Shown piece by piece: positions 7,789-11,532 of a stretch of DNA of 11,532 bases (positions are counted from its first letter, which is position 1; each line of letters begins with the position of its first letter). A program made the position numbers and the translations under genes. The DNA is from Candidatus Thorarchaeota archaeon. GTDB taxonomy: Archaea; Asgardarchaeota; Thorarchaeia; Thorarchaeales; Thorarchaeaceae. Below the pieces are notes generated by a model. The model was not told the DNA's origin and searched no databases. It worked only from the letters and a program-made list of their open reading frames with translations. The stretch lies in the NCBI GenBank assembly GCA_048882385.1, contig JBHLRQ010000092.1, positions 1 to 11,532 on the forward strand, read 5' to 3'.

Positions 7789-7795
7789 CTTAAAG
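7789..7795 (-). promoter_or_regulatory. Candidate internal TATA box (CTTTAAG) for oppBCDF
   Basis: Located about 50 nt upstream of the oppB start and downstream of the oppA terminator-like element. It resembles CTTAAAG upstream of oppA. Confidence 0.3.
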
Positions 7796-7830
7796 AATAT
7801 CGGACAGAGTAAAATGAATATTGAACTTGT

Positions 7831-7866
7831 AAAAAGAAAAGGGGAGAAGGGACCTAATGGTCCCTT
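7831..7866 (-). terminator. Hairpin plus pyrimidine/U-tract directly after oppA
   Basis: Minus strand AAGGGACC-ATTA-GGTCCCTT (perfect 8 bp, 7866-7847) is followed by CTCCCCTTTTCTTTTT. It comes after tandem stops TAA TAG. Confidence 0.7.
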
Positions 7867-7877
7867 TTGCTAAACTA

Positions 7878-9641
7878 TTATTTTCTTCTCAGAGCAAAGT
7901 ATGTAACTACAACTCCAACGAGTAGTGCTCCTGCTCCAATTCCAAGAATCAGAACAATATCAACTCCACCGGGTGGAGGAGTAGGTGTGGTTGCTCCATG
8001 TGTACTATCGTACATAAAGATCATCGATCTTGGGTTATAGGATGTGAATGGACCACCTGCTGGGGTTGTAAAGTTGACCCACTCCGCTCTAAGTGCATGA
8101 GTGTCATCTGACAAGTATAGAGGCACATATGGAATGTTGTGCAATACAGCTACAGCTGCATCCCTAGCATTTGCTGCAAGGTTTGCAGGAGTAGATGAAA
8201 CAAAGTCATCCATAATTGTATCAACAGTTGAGTTATCAAGATGGTGAACGTTGTCACCCCACTCGTAGATGTTGGTAGAATGGCATCGCCACCAGACATA
8301 GTCTGGTATTGGAGTGTATCCGTGAGCCATACTGTACATCTCATACTCACCAGTGTAGATTGCATCGTACATCGGACCATCGTCAGTAACGATGTTGTTG
8401 ATCTTGATGCCAATGTCTTCCATCTGGAGTTTGATACCTGTGACTGTAGCTACAGAGATATCATCCCATGACAAGCTCATACAATCGAACTCGAGTTCAG
8501 CAGTTGGAGCTGGACCTGGGAAGTTCCTAATGCCATCACCATCGTTATCAACGTAACCAGCATCATCCAAAATCTGATTGGCTATTGTGTCATTCTCTGG
8601 GAAGACACCGTCTTCATCAAATAAGCCTGAGAAGAATACGTCTGGAATTGCACTGGTTGTTGCAGTTCCAAAACCAAGCCTGCCAATGTTGATGAGCTCG
8701 GTACGATCAATTGCATAAGCCATTGCTGTTCTGACATCAATGTCATCAAGACCTGGGATGGTTAGGTTGAAGCCCCAAACATAATCCCACTGTGATGCTA
8801 CACCTGTAACAAGTTGTAGCTCAGGAGCGTTCAGAATCTCATTTACATACGCACCAAACACTTCGTAGCGCTCGGTATCTGCCTCTCCTGATCTCATAGC
8901 AAGAATTCTTGCATCCTGTCCCAGTACAACATCAATTCGGATTCGATCGATGTTTGGAAGTTGTCCCACATTTGGATTGTCTGCTCCCCACCAATCATCG
9001 TATTTGTCGAGTGTGGTGTATTCGTCTGGAACACGGTTGACATACGTGTATGGACCAGAACCAATGTGAGCAGTGACGTTGGTGTGATCATTCCAACGAG
9101 CATCGAGAGCATCTATACCTTCCCAAATGTGCTCTGGTAGAATGTAGATCTCTCCAAGGTTGTCCAGAGCAAATGAATACAACTGGTTGAATGTGCAGGT
9201 AACAACTTGACCAACTGCAGTAGCAGAGGTAAGGTTCTGCATGATTGACCACCAATTGACATCTGATGGAGCATCCCTGATATACTCGAATGTGAATGCA
9301 ACGTCGTCACCAGTGACAGGTTCGCCATCGTGCCATGTAGCACCATCTCGTACTGTGAACGTGACTGTGAGACCATCAGTCGAAACTGAGTAGCTCTCAG
9401 CCAACCACGGGATTAGGTTTAAGTCGTCGTCATATGACAAAAGCGTGTCGTATACCAGCATATCATACCAGTGCGAACGCTCACTTCGCCAGAGCAATGG
9501 ATTTAGTTCTCCAATGTCTGAACCGTATGCCATAACAAATAGCATCTCGTCGTCTTGAGCAGACGCAGAAGGTACGTATATTGCTGGGAAGAATAAGAAC
9601 ATCGCTAGTACGACGTAACATATCTTACGTCTTGTTTTCAA
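7878..9641 (-). CDS. oppA: Peptide ABC transporter solute-binding protein (family 5, OppA/DppA), 587 aa, with signal peptide and C-terminal membrane anchor
   Basis: Family 5 signature PWLAESYSVSTDGLTVTFTVRDGATWHDGEPVTGDDVAFTF, plus IGSGPY and VRTAMAYAIDR. Start reassigned to TTG 9641: SD GGAGG lies at 9655-9651 and it gives a clean signal peptide, KTRRK-hydrophobic-ASA|Q. The C-terminus is TTPTPPPGG plus a TM helix plus RRK. Confidence 0.94.
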   Translation of the reverse strand: MKTRRKICYVVLAMFLFFPAIYVPSASAQDDEMLFVMAYGSDIGELNPLLWRSERSHWYDMLVYDTLLSYDDDLNLIPWLAESYSVSTDGLTVTFTVRDGATWHDGEPVTGDDVAFTFEYIRDAPSDVNWWSIMQNLTSATAVGQVVTCTFNQLYSFALDNLGEIYILPEHIWEGIDALDARWNDHTNVTAHIGSGPYTYVNRVPDEYTTLDKYDDWWGADNPNVGQLPNIDRIRIDVVLGQDARILAMRSGEADTERYEVFGAYVNEILNAPELQLVTGVASQWDYVWGFNLTIPGLDDIDVRTAMAYAIDRTELINIGRLGFGTATTSAIPDVFFSGLFDEDGVFPENDTIANQILDDAGYVDNDGDGIRNFPGPAPTAELEFDCMSLSWDDISVATVTGIKLQMEDIGIKINNIVTDDGPMYDAIYTGEYEMYSMAHGYTPIPDYVWWRCHSTNIYEWGDNVHHLDNSTVDTIMDDFVSSTPANLAANARDAAVAVLHNIPYVPLYLSDDTHALRAEWVNFTTPAGGPFTSYNPRSMIFMYDSTHGATTPTPPPGGVDIVLILGIGAGALLVGVVVTYFALRRK

Positions 9642-9709
9642 TTTCTCTATCCTCCGGATTCGGAAAGATGTTTTTCGTACTTTCCAGAAAACAGCATTCA
9701 TAACCGGTG

Positions 9710-9723
9710 CTTTAAGCATTTCG
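9710..9723 (-). promoter_or_regulatory. Candidate archaeal BRE plus TATA promoter of oppA
   Basis: Minus strand CGAAATG-CTTAAAG is a purine-rich BRE-like element immediately before a TTAAA box, about 70 nt upstream of the TTG start. Confidence 0.45.
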
Positions 9724-9772
9724 AACTACGCTTAGGGTATATTTACGTCTTTAACTGACTTTTTGGCTTTAG

Positions 9773-10567
9773 TTATAATGGGAAACTTTCTTGAACCCTT
9801 TTGAAACATTTTTCGTATAGTTGGCACAAGCGATTGAGTGCTCCAGCAGCTTTTTTTGCTTCACTTAGCGAAGTAGTTCCTGGAGTTTCCAATAGTAATA
9901 GTCTGGCTGAATCATTCTCCAAGTTTCTAAATTCTGCAACTATTGTCTCTATGTATACTCTCTCTCCAACTTCTGCAGAAACAACAATTTCTTTGGGAGT
10001 ACAATTAACGACAAGTGATGATGCAACGACATACGCGTAGGTGGCTTTCCGCTTCTCTAGTATTTCCTCCTCTCTCCGGATACCCCCAGGAGAACGTGGA
10101 ACTACAAATGCAATTGATGAAATCGGGTCGACTTGAAGACTTCGAAGCTTTGATCTAAGTTCTTCGTTTTCTTCCTGACCTTTCCAACGAAGAAGTAAGA
10201 GCTCGTCAAGAACATCCTTTACTGCAACTTCATTTCCAGGATACTGATCAAGATCACCATCATCTTCCACGGTTTCTTCAATTAGATTTGCTAGCCGTGG
10301 TCTCCAAAGCAGAAACATATGGTTTTCGTCCGTGAAGTTCCCTGCAAAATCCTCGTCGATTAACGAATGAGTTGTTTTTCTATGGTCCGCGTTTGACTCT
10401 AATCCACTCACAACCAATGAAACAATTCTGAAAGGACGATATAATATCATAACTCTCTCCAGTTTTTCTAGAGCTGTCTTCTTTATCAAACCCTCAGAAC
10501 AGGTTTCCGAAATAAGAAAGTCGTTTATTTGTTTGTCAGTGTAACTAGGACCTTTCAGCTTTTTCAC
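9773..10567 (-). CDS. Hypothetical soluble protein, 264 aa, GTG start
   Basis: Long ORF that fills the gap between oppA and the M20 gene, with protein-like composition and a Glu/Arg/Leu-rich helical middle. An in-frame TGA at 10585-10583 bounds the start, and AAGGA lies upstream. No motif recognised. Confidence 0.8.
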   Translation of the reverse strand: MKKLKGPSYTDKQINDFLISETCSEGLIKKTALEKLERVMILYRPFRIVSLVVSGLESNADHRKTTHSLIDEDFAGNFTDENHMFLLWRPRLANLIEETVEDDGDLDQYPGNEVAVKDVLDELLLLRWKGQEENEELRSKLRSLQVDPISSIAFVVPRSPGGIRREEEILEKRKATYAYVVASSLVVNCTPKEIVVSAEVGERVYIETIVAEFRNLENDSARLLLLETPGTTSLSEAKKAAGALNRLCQLYEKCFKRVQESFPL

Positions 10568-10601
10568 AATGATTGCGTCCTTTCATTGAATTCGTTGTGC
10601 T

Positions 10602-10663
10602 AAATCAGATAAGACGTTCGCTAGACATTAAAAACCGAGGATATATTTCTCTGATTTTCGGTT
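10602..10663. promoter_or_regulatory. Divergent promoter region with TATA-like GATATATT and two inverted repeats
   Basis: AACCGA (10633-10638) and TCGGTT (10658-10663) flank GATATATT (10640-10647). A second pair is AAATCAGA (10602-10609) and TCTGATTT (10650-10657). Confidence 0.35.
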
Positions 10664-10680
10664 GGTAAGTTGTGTTTGAT

Positions 10681-11532
10681 ATGTACGAATCTGTGATTAG
10701 TTTCATTGACAAGAAAATTGATGATTCCGTAGAAACTCTCAAGAAACTCTGCAAGATTCCCTCTGTGGCTGCAAAAAACGAGGGTCTTAAGGAAACTTCT
10801 GAGCTTGTTGAGAAGATGTTGAGTGAGGTTGGAATGGAAACTGAAATCCATGAAACATCTGGGGCTCCCGTTGTGACTAGTTGGATTGATGTTGGCGCAA
10901 AGAGGACTTTGCTATTTTATGATCATTATGATGTGCAACCAGCTGAACCCCTTGACTTGTGGGATTCACCACCTTTTGAACCAGAAGTTCGGAATGGACG
11001 ATTATATGGACGAGGGGTTGCAGATAACAAAGGTGATACAACATCACGAATATGGACCTTGAAAGCATTCAAAGAAACAAAAACTGATCTTCCTGTAAAC
11101 ATTAGATTCGTAATTGAAGGAGAAGAGGAGATTGGGAGTGTCAACTTGCCCGAATATACTGAGAAAAACACAGATTTCATTACAGCAGACGGTGGAATCT
11201 GGGAATTTGGAGGTGCGGGTATTGATGGAATTCAAGAGGCTTGGCTCGGTCTCAAAGGCATTTTCTATGTTGAACTGGAGGTTGAAAGACTAGTTCGAAA
11301 CATGCACTCTGCAAATGCATGCGTTCTTCCTTCAGCTGCAAGCCGCCTGACATGGGCATTAAGCTCTTTGAAGGACGAGAAAAGTCGTATCTTGATAGAC
11401 GGGTTCTACGAAGGTATCAAACCATTTACAAAGGCAGAGATTGAAGCGATTAGAAAAGTTGACCTCAATGAGGAACTTCTAAAGGAAGAATATGGTATCG
11501 ATGAGTTTCTCAATGGAATGTCTGGTGATGAA
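10681..11532 (+). CDS. M20/M25/M40 family metallopeptidase (ArgE/DapE/Dug1-like dipeptidase), partial (3' end outside window)
   Basis: Hand translation from ATG 10681 is open to the edge: MYESVISFIDKK...LCKIPSV...TLLFYDHYDVQP...WDSPPFEP...GRLYGRGVADNKG...FVIEGEEEIGS...GIWE...GLKG...MHS...ILIDGFY. These are the M20 metal-ligand and catalytic motifs. Not in the ORF track. Confidence 0.95.
   Translation, partial: MYESVISFIDKKIDDSVETLKKLCKIPSVAAKNEGLKETSELVEKMLSEVGMETEIHETSGAPVVTSWIDVGAKRTLLFYDHYDVQPAEPLDLWDSPPFEPEVRNGRLYGRGVADNKGDTTSRIWTLKAFKETKTDLPVNIRFVIEGEEEIGSVNLPEYTEKNTDFITADGGIWEFGGAGIDGIQEAWLGLKGIFYVELEVERLVRNMHSANACVLPSAASRLTWALSSLKDEKSRILIDGFYEGIKPFTKAEIEAIRKVDLNEELLKEEYGIDEFLNGMSGDE

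Noticed and set aside
3473-9376. Short ORFs inside the opp genes (3473..3670, 3979..4215, 4216..4461, 6297..6533, 6540..6782, 8150..8413, 8241..8471, 8894..9112, 9113..9376)
   Set aside because: Nested in or almost wholly overlapping well-supported genes. They are explained by codon bias and by antisense frames of hydrophobic coding sequence.
9642-9719. Track start of oppA at ATG 9719 (26 extra residues)
   Set aside because: That ATG lies within the BRE/TATA candidate and has no SD. TTG 9641 has GGAGG at proper spacing and yields a normal signal peptide.
9801-11235. ORFs 9801..10040 (+), 10621..10851, 10877..11068, 10926..11180 and 11044..11235 (-)
   Set aside because: Antisense to the hypothetical gene or to the M20 peptidase, which is the real gene there.
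1-11532. CRISPR array, tRNA/rRNA, integrase/transposase, defence or toxin-antitoxin system
   Set aside because: All intergenic gaps are under about 140 nt with no repeat-spacer or cloverleaf pattern, and no ORF shows such motifs.

Overview
Gene-dense, moderately AT-rich prokaryotic window that looks archaeal. Supporting signs are GGAGG/GGTGA Shine-Dalgarno sites, TATA/BRE-like elements, and a solute-binding protein anchored by a C-terminal Pro/Thr linker plus TM helix rather than a lipobox. My guess is Asgard, Thorarchaeia-like, but this is inference only. Minus strand, in transcription order: a 264-aa hypothetical protein, a complete peptide/nickel-family ABC importer (oppA-B-C-D-F), an MFS transporter, a bacterial-type class I GAPDH, and a divergent citrate-synthase-family gene that runs off the left edge. 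Plus strand: a 50-aa Cys/His-rich microprotein and an M20 metallopeptidase that runs off the right edge. The two edge genes are missing from the supplied ORF track. I see no CRISPR, tRNA/rRNA, mobile element or defence system; this is mainly a peptide-uptake and carbon-metabolism region. The oddities most worth checking are: a citrate synthase homologue with a rewritten substrate-binding motif, an OppC with about 220 extra N-terminal membrane residues, class I GAPDH in an apparent archaeon, the 4-Cys microprotein, a possible two-state RBS-sequestering leader on oppA, and bacterial-style hairpin terminators.
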